Source: Coralliovum pocilloporae
GTDB taxonomy: Bacteria; Pseudomonadota; Alphaproteobacteria; Rhizobiales; Cohaesibacteraceae
Length of the DNA: 24,000 nucleotides
Reading direction: 5' to 3'
Assembly: GCF_030845175.1 (NCBI RefSeq)
Contig: NZ_CP132542.1
Location: 1,448,607 to 1,472,606 of the forward strand
Part shown: positions 8,871 through 15,830 of the stretch, piece after piece
How the letters are laid out: each line of letters begins with the position of its first letter
Numbering within the stretch: the stretch's first letter is position 1
The notes under the pieces: model-generated
Databases searched by the model: none
What the model saw: only the letters and a program-made list of their open reading frames with translations
What the model was told of the DNA's origin: nothing
Translations under genes and position numbers: made by a program

Positions 8871-9810
8871 ACCGGAGTTCCTCACCCTTGAGACCAAGTT
8901 TGCGGAACAGGACGGCATCTGCACTCTCTTCCGGATTTCCGGCTGTCAGCAGGGTTTCTCCGGAAAAGACCGAATTGGCACCGGCAAGGAAGCAAAGTGC
9001 CTGGGTTTCCTCAGACATATCACTCCGCCCCGCAGACAGGCGCACATGGCTGGATGGCATCATGATCCGCGCCAGCGCGATACAACGCACGAAATCCAGT
9101 GGCTCAATCGGATCTGCATCGGCAAGCGGTGTCCCTTCAATCGGGATCAGCATGTTGATCGGCACGCTTTCCGGTGGCTCCGGCAGATTAGCCAGTGTCA
9201 CCAGCATATCGATACGGTCACCGGTTTCCTCACCCATGCCCAGAATGCCGCCAGAACAGATTTTCATGCCAGCGTGACGGACATTGTCCAGCGTCTCGAG
9301 CCGGTCCGCATAGGTGCGGGTGGTGATGACGTCATTATAATAGCGTTCGGACGTATCAACATTGTGATTGTAATAATCAAGCCCGGCATCCGCCAGTTCT
9401 TTGGCCTGGACAGGGGACAGCATGCCGAGGGTCATGCAGGTTTCCATCCCCATGGCCTTGACCCCTTCGATCATCGCCACGAGTTTCGGCATGTCCCGCT
9501 CTTTCGGGTTCCGCCATGCAGCCCCCATGCAATAGCGGGTCGAGCCGTTTTTCTTGGCCTGCTCCGCCTCTGCCAGAACCATCTGAACTTCCAGAAGCTT
9601 GGATGCCGATAGGCCGGTGGAATGCTTTGCAGACTGATTGCAATAGCCGCAATCCTCCGGGCAGCCACCTGTCTTGATGCTCAGTAGCTGGCTCTTCTGA
9701 ATCTCATTGGGATTGAAATGCTCCCGGTGCACGGTCTGAGCCCGAAAAATCAGGTCATTAAACGGCAGATCATAGATTTCCTGTGCCGCTTCACGTGTCC
9801 ATCTGGTCAT
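8827..9810 (-). CDS. bioB: biotin synthase (radical SAM)
   Basis: Contains the [11 protein letters not shown] radical-SAM CxxxCxxC motif, is 327 aa long, and is the first gene of the bio cluster. Confidence 0.95.
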   Translation of the reverse strand: MTRWTREAAQEIYDLPFNDLIFRAQTVHREHFNPNEIQKSQLLSIKTGGCPEDCGYCNQSAKHSTGLSASKLLEVQMVLAEAEQAKKNGSTRYCMGAAWRNPKERDMPKLVAMIEGVKAMGMETCMTLGMLSPVQAKELADAGLDYYNHNVDTSERYYNDVITTRTYADRLETLDNVRHAGMKICSGGILGMGEETGDRIDMLVTLANLPEPPESVPINMLIPIEGTPLADADPIEPLDFVRCIALARIMMPSSHVRLSAGRSDMSEETQALCFLAGANSVFSGETLLTAGNPEESADAVLFRKLGLKGEELRYDPAQFSRVDAAAE

Positions 9811-9822
9811 ACTGGTGCTTTC

Positions 9823-9848
9823 TCGCTCAAAAGGCTTATCTTGAGCGA
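9823..9848 (-). promoter_or_regulatory. 8-bp inverted repeat (TCGCTCAA-N10-TTGAGCGA) between the candidate bioB promoter and the bioB start
   Basis: Read directly from the sequence. It lies 13-38 nt upstream of the bioB ATG and overlaps the predicted transcription start. Confidence 0.3.
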
Positions 9849-9849
9849 T

Positions 9850-9878
9850 TGAATATCACCGAACGGCAGCGGTCGCAA
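9850..9878 (-). promoter_or_regulatory. candidate sigma-70-type promoter for the bio operon (TTGCGA-N17-TATTCA on the minus strand)
   Basis: Hexamers with 17-nt spacing read on the minus strand, about 40 nt upstream of the bioB ATG. This is a pattern match only. Confidence 0.3.
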
Positions 9879-10012
9879 TCTGTCCGAAATATGCACTGCA
9901 CCTTTATGCGGTGTCGGACCTACGGAAACACAGAAATCCGCTCGACAGAACATGGTCTGAAGCGGCTTGGCATCTTTAATGTGAGGAGAGCTTTTCGAGC
10001 TTTAACGGAAAG

Positions 10013-10033
10013 CCAGATCTTTAGAAGATCTGG
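10013..10033 (-). terminator. perfect 9-bp stem / 3-nt loop hairpin immediately 3' of tRNA-Gly (CCAGATCTT-TAG-AAGATCTGG)
   Basis: Seen in the sequence. One arm includes the encoded CCA end of the tRNA. On the minus strand the hairpin is followed by CTTTCC, not a strong U-tract. Confidence 0.4.
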
Positions 10034-10105
10034 AGCGGGCGATGGGATTCGAACCCACGACCCCAACCTTGGCAAGGTTGTGCTCTACCCCTGAGCTACA
10101 CCCGC
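10031..10105 (-). tRNA. tRNA-Gly (anticodon GCC), CCA encoded
   Basis: The reverse complement folds by hand into a cloverleaf: acceptor GCGGGTG/CGCCCGC, D arm GCTC-AGGGGTA-GAGC, anticodon arm CAACC-TTGCCAA-GGTTG, T arm GTGGG-TTCGAAT-CCCAT. Length is 75 nt. Confidence 0.95.
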
Positions 10106-10137
10106 AATCCGTTTCGCCAGTTCGTCGGCGACGGCGC

Positions 10138-10167
10138 TTATATGGCGGATGCAGATTGAGAATGCAA
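10138..10167 (-). promoter_or_regulatory. candidate promoter of tRNA-Gly (TTGCAT-N17-CATATAA on the minus strand)
   Basis: The hexamers lie about 33-62 nt upstream of the mature tRNA 5' end. This is a pattern match only. Confidence 0.45.
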
Positions 10168-10316
10168 CAGAAAAAAAACAAAATGACGACAATCTTCGGA
10201 AATTGGTAAAGCAGCGGTGGAAAAGCCTCTTGCGGTGATCGGATGCAGCTTCTAAAGCAACCGGAACAAAGGCCGCACTCAGGCCACTGACCCCTTTCGC
10301 ATCCAAGGAGAACAGA

Positions 10317-10820
10317 ATGGCTGCCACACGTGCTGACCTCATGGCGTTTCTGGACAAACTGGGCATCGAGACCAACACGGTCGATCATGAGCCGGTTTTC
10401 ACCGTCGAAGAGTCCCGCGATCTGAAAAAAGCCATTCCGGGCGGGCATACCAAAAACCTGTTTGTAAAAGACAAGAAAGGCACCCTGTTCCTTGTTGTTG
10501 TGCTGGCGGATGCGATCGTCGACATGAAAGGCCTGCACAAGAAACTTGATTGCGGGCGTCTCAGTTTCGGCAAGCCTGATCTGCTTGAGGAGAAACTTGG
10601 CGTCACACCAGGATCAGTGACACCGTTTTCCATCATGAACGACAAAGACCAGTCGGTCACAATCGTTCTGGATGAGGCAATGCTGACCTATGAGATTCTC
10701 AACTATCACCCGCTGAAGAACGATGCGACAACCGCAATCAAGAAAGATGATCTGATCAGCTTCATCCGTGCGACCGATCATGAGCCGCTGATCCTGGCAA
10801 TCAGCGAACCCGCCGAATAA
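10317..10820 (+). CDS. YbaK/ProX-type aminoacyl-tRNA editing (deacylase) domain protein
   Basis: 167 aa with AAGGAG 6 nt upstream of the ATG. The motifs HTKNLFVKDKKG...LVVV...GVTPGSVTPF are typical of prolyl-tRNA-synthetase-associated editing domains. Confidence 0.85.
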   Translation: MAATRADLMAFLDKLGIETNTVDHEPVFTVEESRDLKKAIPGGHTKNLFVKDKKGTLFLVVVLADAIVDMKGLHKKLDCGRLSFGKPDLLEEKLGVTPGSVTPFSIMNDKDQSVTIVLDEAMLTYEILNYHPLKNDATTAIKKDDLISFIRATDHEPLILAISEPAE

Positions 10821-10946
10821 ACCCGGAAGGCTTTTGGTACAATTCACCGCACAGCTTCAATCCGTAGCCGGATATGCCTATATCCTGTATAAAGTCGCAA
10901 CGCGAAACCGGATGCAGCTGACACTGCGAGACAGGACTGACACAGA

Positions 10947-11897
10947 ATGAACGATGTAACCTATTCCATGGGCGGCCAGTATGGCGGCACCCAATTCGGC
11001 TCGGAGCAGCCATCTTCTGCACCGGCTGGCGACCTGATCAAGGATGCCACGACCCAGTCTTTCGTTCAGGACGTGATGGAAGAATCCAAGAATCAGCCTG
11101 TACTGGTGGACTTCTGGGCTCCATGGTGCGGCCCGTGCCGACAGCTGACCCCGGCAATTGAAGCAGCCGTTACAGCAGCGCGCGGCGCTGTCAAACTGGT
11201 CAAGATGAACATTGACGAGCATCCGGAGATTCCTGGCCAGATGGGCATCCAGTCCATTCCTGCCGTGGTTGCTTTCAAGGATGGTCGTCCAGCCGATGGT
11301 TTCATGGGTGCCCAGTCCGAAACTCAGGTTACCGCGTTCATTGAAAAACTGGTTGGCCCGATCGGGCCGAGCGACAGCGAACAGGCGCTTGAGGCAGCAC
11401 GCATGGCGCTTGGTGAGAAGAACCTTCAAGTCGCAGCCCAGCTTTGCGCCCAGGTTCTGCAGACCGAAGCCGATAATGTCACAGCGCTGGCCATTCTGGC
11501 ACAATGCTATGTGGAAGCCGGGGATCTGGATCAGGCAGAAGCCACACTCGACCAGGTAGCAGATGAGAAGGCCAGCGATGCGGATGTGGTTTCTGCACGC
11601 GCCGCCCTGACCCTTGCCCGGCAAGCCGCCGACCTCGGTGATACAGCCGAACTTCATGCCGCACTTGAGGCTGATCCATCCAATCATCAGGCCCGGTTCG
11701 ATCTCGCTCTGGCGCTGAATGCCCGCGAAGACCGCGAAGGCGCCATTGCAGAACTGATCACAATCATCAAGGCAGATCGGGAATGGAATGAGGATGGGGC
11801 TCGCAAGCAACTCCTGCAGTTTTTTGAAGCCTGGGGCATGACCGACAAGGCAACAATTCTCGGACGTCGTAAACTATCTGCAGTGCTCTTTTCGTAA
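10947..11897 (+). CDS. thioredoxin-domain protein with C-terminal TPR-like region (YbbN/CnoX-like)
   Basis: Contains the WAPWCGPC active-site motif, followed by about 190 aa of helical, Ala/Leu-rich repeats. Length is 316 aa. Confidence 0.88.
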   Translation: MNDVTYSMGGQYGGTQFGSEQPSSAPAGDLIKDATTQSFVQDVMEESKNQPVLVDFWAPWCGPCRQLTPAIEAAVTAARGAVKLVKMNIDEHPEIPGQMGIQSIPAVVAFKDGRPADGFMGAQSETQVTAFIEKLVGPIGPSDSEQALEAARMALGEKNLQVAAQLCAQVLQTEADNVTALAILAQCYVEAGDLDQAEATLDQVADEKASDADVVSARAALTLARQAADLGDTAELHAALEADPSNHQARFDLALALNAREDREGAIAELITIIKADREWNEDGARKQLLQFFEAWGMTDKATILGRRKLSAVLFS

Positions 11898-11926
11898 AGA
11901 AAAGAAACGCAAGAGAGGCAGAGACC

Positions 11927-12619
11927 ATGCAGATCGGAAATGCGACCTATGATTCAGCAGAGGATTTACCGGATGTAATCCCGGTCTTCCCGCTGGAATC
12001 TGCACTGCTCCTGCCCAGAGGACACCTGCCTCTCAACATCTTTGAGCCGCGTTATGTGAACATGCTGGATCATGCATTGTCCACAGAACGTCTCATAGGC
12101 ATGGTGCAGCCGGCTCTTTCAGGCAGCTCTCAGGCAAAGGCTGCCCGTGCAGATGAGCCCGATCTCTGCCAGATCGGCTGTGTGGGCCGCATCACCGCCT
12201 ATCAGGAAGCCGGTGACGGAACCTATCAGATCGACCTCACCGGCATTGCCCGCTTTGAAATCCTGCGGGAAATGCCGAGCCTTTCCGCATTCCGCCTCTG
12301 CCAGATCAGCACCGGGCGTTTTGGCACGGACTTTGAGACGGACACCGATGATGAGGGTGCCGTGGATCGCTCGGAGCTCCTCAGAACGTTCAGGTCCTAT
12401 CTGGATGCCAATAATCTGGAAACTGACTGGAATGGTGTGGAACAGGCAAGAACCGAAACGCTGGTCAATGCGCTCTCGATCATGGCTCCTTACGGATCTG
12501 CAGAAAAACAGGCCTTGCTTGAGGCGGAAACCCTGAAGATGCGGGCGGATACCCTGATCGCGATGACGGAAGTTGTGCTGAGCCGGATGGACAGCGACCA
12601 GCCATCAACCCTGCAATAA
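11927..12619 (+). CDS. stand-alone Lon protease N-terminal (substrate-binding) domain protein
   Basis: The sequence VIPVFPLESALLLPRGHLPLNIFEPRYVNMLDHAL matches the LON N-domain signature. There is no AAA+ or protease domain. Length is 230 aa, and GAGAGG precedes the ATG. Confidence 0.85.
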   Translation: MQIGNATYDSAEDLPDVIPVFPLESALLLPRGHLPLNIFEPRYVNMLDHALSTERLIGMVQPALSGSSQAKAARADEPDLCQIGCVGRITAYQEAGDGTYQIDLTGIARFEILREMPSLSAFRLCQISTGRFGTDFETDTDDEGAVDRSELLRTFRSYLDANNLETDWNGVEQARTETLVNALSIMAPYGSAEKQALLEAETLKMRADTLIAMTEVVLSRMDSDQPSTLQ

Positions 12620-12672
12620 AGCACCAGACCTTTAACTTGAATTGGTAGCGGTGCTTTAAGATTTATTTTTGC
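12617..12672 (+). terminator. possible terminator: 9-bp stem (TAAAGCACC...GGTGCTTTA) with a 24-nt loop, then a T-rich tail
   Basis: Seen in the sequence. The large loop weakens the hairpin. It is followed by AAGATTTATTTTTG. Confidence 0.3.
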
Positions 12673-12743
12673 GCGAGCTTTTATCTGGAAAGTCTATCAA
12701 CTTTTCAGAAGCACGCTGTAGGCAAGGCAAAGGAAATCAATTC

Positions 12744-12938
12744 ATGTCTGACAGTGCACACGGATCACTTGATCCAAAGCTTCTTGAAATTCTGGCCTGC
12801 CCGTTGACCAAGACAACGCTGGAATATGACCGCGACAAGCAGGAACTGATCAGCCGTGCAGCAAAGCTGGCCTATCCGATCCGGGATGGCATCCCCATCA
12901 TGCTGCCGGATGAAGCACGCACACTCGAAGACGACTGA
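12744..12938 (+). CDS. Trm112 family small protein (UPF0434/YcaR-like)
   Basis: [23 protein letters not shown]...[18 protein letters not shown] is the Trm112 signature. AAGGAAA lies upstream of ATG 12744. The track ORF from 12669 is an upstream extension. Confidence 0.85.
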   Translation: MSDSAHGSLDPKLLEILACPLTKTTLEYDRDKQELISRAAKLAYPIRDGIPIMLPDEARTLEDD

Positions 12939-12970
12939 TCACCAGTTCTCAACAGAATAACAGGCTGGAG

Positions 12971-14215
12971 CTAGAGCGGTTGCCCTCGCAGGAGGCGCGG
13001 CTGTTCTCCGCCAAAACCTGCAGCTTCCGATATAAAGAAGTTCTTCAGGCGCGGCATCCGGTCCACAAGGCCAAGGCCAAAGTCACGCGCCGCGCGAACA
13101 AGCGAATTATCGTTGGAGAACAGCCTGTTCAGTACATCACAGGTCGCACCCATCTGCCAGGTATCAAACCGACGCCATTGCTGGTAGCGCTCAAGAACAG
13201 TCAAAGAGCCGATATCCTGACCAAGGCGATAGGCATCCACGATCGTTTCTGACAGAGCTGCAATATCCCGGAAGCCGAGATTAAGCCCCTGCCCCGCAAT
13301 CGGGTGGATACCGTGGGCCGAATCACCGGCCAGCGCAAAGCGGGAGCGGACCGTATCTCGCGCCAGCATCATGCCAAGCGGAAAGGCGGTACGACCACCA
13401 ATCACCTCAATCTCGCCGAGGTGATGGCCAAACCGCCGCTTCAGTTCCATCTCGAAGGTAAAGTCATCCCCCTTGACCAGTCTGTTTGCCAGATCGGTCT
13501 TCTCCGACCAGACAAGCGAGGACCGATTGCCGGTCAATGGCAGAATGGCAAACGGACCGGACGGAAGGAAATGCTCTTCAGCCCTCCCCTCATGGGGGCG
13601 TTCATGATGAACGGTCGTAACGATACCTGACTGGCCGTAACTCCAGTGAATCGTCTTTATTCCGGCCTGATTGCGCAATGTGGAATTGCGTCCATCCGCC
13701 GCAACCAGAAGCTTCGATTTGATCGAGGATTTGGATGTCTTGACCAGGATATGGTCGGAATGTGATTCGAATGTCTCAGCCGGTTCCGGTGCCAGAATGG
13801 TGACACCGTGCAGCCGCGCCGATTTCGCCAGAGCAGCAACAAGCACCCCGTTCGGCACCATATGCGCAAACGGCTCCGCATCGGCGCCCAGCGTATCAAA
13901 GCTCAGGAAAATCGGTCGAACAGGATCATCAGTATGACTGTCTGTGACGATCATATCGCGGATAGGCTGGGCATCTTTTGAAATTTCCCGCCAGACACCA
14001 ATCTGGTCCAGAAGCCGCACGGCAGAGGCAGCAACCGCAGAAGCCCGCAGATCATCAGCTGCGACTTCAGGAGGGCGCACATCAAGAAGGATCACATCAA
14101 GCTTGGGCGCTGCCTGTTTCAGGGACAGGGCAAAGGCAAGCCCCACATAGCCGCCTCCGGCGACCACTACATCCGTGCTCAGTCTGGTTCTGCTTTCCGT
14201 CTCTGCGCGATTCAT
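12971..14215 (-). CDS. UbiH/UbiF/VisC/COQ6 family FAD-dependent ubiquinone biosynthesis hydroxylase
   Basis: Contains the Rossmann motif DVVVAGGGYVGLAFAL and the later motifs LVAADGRNS and GDSAHGIHPIAGQGLNLG. ATG 14215 has CAGGAG 9 nt upstream; the track start is 14248. Confidence 0.88.
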   Translation of the reverse strand: MNRAETESRTRLSTDVVVAGGGYVGLAFALSLKQAAPKLDVILLDVRPPEVAADDLRASAVAASAVRLLDQIGVWREISKDAQPIRDMIVTDSHTDDPVRPIFLSFDTLGADAEPFAHMVPNGVLVAALAKSARLHGVTILAPEPAETFESHSDHILVKTSKSSIKSKLLVAADGRNSTLRNQAGIKTIHWSYGQSGIVTTVHHERPHEGRAEEHFLPSGPFAILPLTGNRSSLVWSEKTDLANRLVKGDDFTFEMELKRRFGHHLGEIEVIGGRTAFPLGMMLARDTVRSRFALAGDSAHGIHPIAGQGLNLGFRDIAALSETIVDAYRLGQDIGSLTVLERYQQWRRFDTWQMGATCDVLNRLFSNDNSLVRAARDFGLGLVDRMPRLKNFFISEAAGFGGEQPRLLRGQPL

Positions 14216-14384
14216 CGCCGCTTGCTCCTGCCCCATTCGCAGTGTCATACGCGTCTTGACTTCCCTTGGAGCACCTGTTCCAAACTAATGAAAGCCAGCG
14301 TCATATTCGCCCGTTTTGGGGCGGTTTGACGTCTTTCTAACATGATTGGTCTCCGGCGCAATCGTCAACTTGAGCGAAGAAACA

Positions 14385-15248
14385 ATGTCCGTCGCGATTG
14401 ATAATCTGATTTCGATCCTCGATTTGGAGCCACTTGAACATAATCTGTTTCGTGGTCGAAGCCCCCAAGTGGGGTGGCAACGTGTATTTGGTGGCCAGGT
14501 CATCGGCCAGGCCCTGGTCGCAGCCTCCCGTACTGTGGAGGACGGCAAGTCGGCCCACTCGCTGCATGGCTACTTCATGCGCCCGGGCGATCCGGAAGTC
14601 CCCATCATCTATGAAGTCGACCGCATCCGGGATGGACGCAGCTTTGCCACCCGCCGTGTGGTCGCCATTCAGCATGGTCAGGCCATTTTTTCCATGTCCG
14701 CGTCCTATCAGGTAACAGAAGACGGCCTGCAGCATGACAAGACGATGCCGGACGTGCCGCCACCGGAAGCCCTGCCCAGCGATCAGGACCTGAAGGAAAA
14801 ATATCTGCATATGGCTCCGGAGCATGTCCGGAGCTATTTCGAGCGTGAACGGCCGATTGAATTCCGACCCGTCGATCTCCGGCATTATGTGAGCCGTGAA
14901 AAACTGCCACCAAAGCAATATGTCTGGCTCAGAACCACTGCCAAATTGCCCGACGAACCACGGCTGCACAAATGCGCTCTCGCCTATGCATCCGACATGA
15001 CACTGCTCGATACATCCCTCTTTGCCCACGGCCGCAGTGTTTTTGATCGGGACATGCAAGTGGCAAGTCTGGATCATGCCATGTGGTTCCATCGCAATTT
15101 CCGGGCAGATGAATGGCTTCTGTACGCTCAGGACAGTCCCACATCTGCAGGCGCACGCGGCTTCACCCGGGGCGAAATCTACACCAAGGATGGCACGCTT
15201 GTGGCGTCAGCAGCACAGGAAGGCCTGATCAGGATCAGGACACGCTGA
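14385..15248 (+). CDS. tesB: acyl-CoA thioesterase II
   Basis: The sequence LEPLEHNLFRGRSPQVGWQRVFGGQVIGQAL...HSLHGYF...DGRSFATRRV has double-hotdog TesB-like motifs. I prefer ATG 14385 over the track's TTG 14346. Confidence 0.9.
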   Translation: MSVAIDNLISILDLEPLEHNLFRGRSPQVGWQRVFGGQVIGQALVAASRTVEDGKSAHSLHGYFMRPGDPEVPIIYEVDRIRDGRSFATRRVVAIQHGQAIFSMSASYQVTEDGLQHDKTMPDVPPPEALPSDQDLKEKYLHMAPEHVRSYFERERPIEFRPVDLRHYVSREKLPPKQYVWLRTTAKLPDEPRLHKCALAYASDMTLLDTSLFAHGRSVFDRDMQVASLDHAMWFHRNFRADEWLLYAQDSPTSAGARGFTRGEIYTKDGTLVASAAQEGLIRIRTR

Positions 15249-15256
15249 TAAAAGCA

Positions 15257-15294
15257 TAAATATTAGGCATCATAAATTTAATGCCTAATATTTA
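15257..15294. repeat. perfect 14-bp inverted repeat TAAATATTAGGCAT-N10-ATGCCTAATATTTA
   Basis: Read directly from the sequence. It starts 9 nt after the tesB stop and lies about 100-130 nt upstream of the glnK sigma-54-type promoter. Confidence 0.6.
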
Positions 15295-15318
15295 ATCATG
15301 CACTGCAGCATTTCTAAA

Positions 15319-15353
15319 CCTCCTCTCCGATATGGAGGAAGGATTTTTATTAT
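15319..15353 (+). terminator. weak Rho-independent terminator candidate (CCTCC...GGAGG stem, then ATTTTTATTATTT)
   Basis: Short GC stem followed by a T-rich run, downstream of tesB. Confidence 0.35.
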
Positions 15354-15388
15354 TTAGAATCAATATTTTAATTCCAAAAAATCGATTC

Positions 15389-15403
15389 TGGCACGGCTCT
15401 TGA
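15389..15403 (+). promoter_or_regulatory. sigma-54 (-24/-12) type promoter upstream of glnK-amtB: TGGCACG-N4-TTGA
   Basis: CTGGCACGGCTCTTGAA matches YTGGCACGrNNNTTGCW except at the -12 C. Orientation and distance are right, about 72 nt before the glnK ATG. glnK-amtB operons are classically NtrC/sigma-54 dependent. Confidence 0.6.
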
Positions 15404-15418
15404 AAGACAAGACCTGAC

Positions 15419-15445
15419 GAACATGTCGCATCCCTGAACATGTTC
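15419..15445 (+). promoter_or_regulatory. 8-bp perfect stem-loop in the predicted glnK 5' leader (GAACATGT-N11-ACATGTTC)
   Basis: Seen in the sequence. It begins about 4 nt after the transcription start implied by the -24/-12 element. Confidence 0.4.
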
Positions 15446-15475
15446 TGACACCCGAAGCAAGCACGGGAAGGTCTG

Positions 15476-15814
15476 ATGAAACTTGTGACAGCCATTATCA
15501 AACCCTTCAAACTCGAGGATGTGCGCCAGGCTCTGGCCGACATCGGCGTTGAGGGACTCACTGTAACGGAAATCAAGGGCTTCGGTCGCCAGAAGGGGCA
15601 CACCGAAATCTATCGCGGCACGGAATACGCCATCGCATTCCTGCCAAAACTGAAGCTTGAGATCGCGGTTACCGCTGACCGCGTCGATACCATCATCGAT
15701 ACCATCATGGGCGCTGCCCAGACAGGGCGGATCGGTGACGGCAAGCTCTTTGTTCTCGATATCGAAAAAGCCGTCCGCATTCGCACAGGCGAACGCGACG
15801 CCGATGCGCTTTAA
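15476..15814 (+). CDS. glnK: P-II nitrogen regulatory protein
   Basis: 112 aa, MKLVTAIIKPFKLEDV...GFGRQKGHTEIYRGTEY (T-loop Tyr51). It lies directly upstream of amtB. Confidence 0.95.
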   Translation: MKLVTAIIKPFKLEDVRQALADIGVEGLTVTEIKGFGRQKGHTEIYRGTEYAIAFLPKLKLEIAVTADRVDTIIDTIMGAAQTGRIGDGKLFVLDIEKAVRIRTGERDADAL

Positions 15815-15830
15815 TTCCGGAGTACTCCAC

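Noticed and set aside
9836-9845. Possible BioR box (TTATCTTGAG versus consensus TTATMKATAA)
   Set aside because: Only 7 of 10 positions match and the second half-site is missing, so it cannot be called an operator by eye. It is kept only as context in the bioB control-region finding.
9891-9900. 10-mer ATGCACTGCA shared between the bioB upstream region and the glnK upstream region (15298-15307)
   Set aside because: Many repeated 10-mers are expected by chance in 24 kb. The sequence is not a full NtrC-type palindrome, and the two loci have no functional link.
10031-10105. tRNA-Gly as a possible genomic-island integration site
   Set aside because: There is no integrase, no duplicated tRNA 3' segment and no compositional shift on either side. 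The neighbours are bioB and a ProX-type gene with normal GC.
10002-10538. 178-aa minus-strand ORF spanning tRNA-Gly and the start of the ProX-type gene (also the plus-strand ORF 9783-10094)
   Set aside because: Both run through a tRNA gene and promoter regions, and neither has a coding signature.
10878-11810. 310-aa minus-strand ORF opposite the thioredoxin-TPR gene. Similar shadow ORFs lie at 14337-15092 (opposite tesB), 17300-17917 (opposite the second Amt) and 21065-21760 (opposite ftsK).
   Set aside because: All are fully nested antisense to genes with clear family motifs, their translations are low-complexity (Cys/Gly/Arg/His-rich), and none has a convincing SD.
12939-12970. Possible bidirectional terminator between the convergent Trm112 and UbiH-family genes
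   Set aside because: Only a 4-bp CCAG/CTGG pairing with a long loop and no T-run is present, which is not supportable.
15332-15403. 23-codon upstream ORF (MEEGFLLFRINILIPKNRFWHGS) running across the glnK promoter region
   Set aside because: It has no SD; the upstream sequence is CCTCC-like, the wrong polarity. It lies upstream of the predicted transcription start, and the AT-rich sequence makes chance ORFs likely.
15657-15830. 58-codon N-terminal extension of the amtB ORF in the track, overlapping glnK
   Set aside because: It overlaps the glnK coding sequence out of frame. ATG 15831 has a GGAG SD and yields a canonical AmtB signal peptide.
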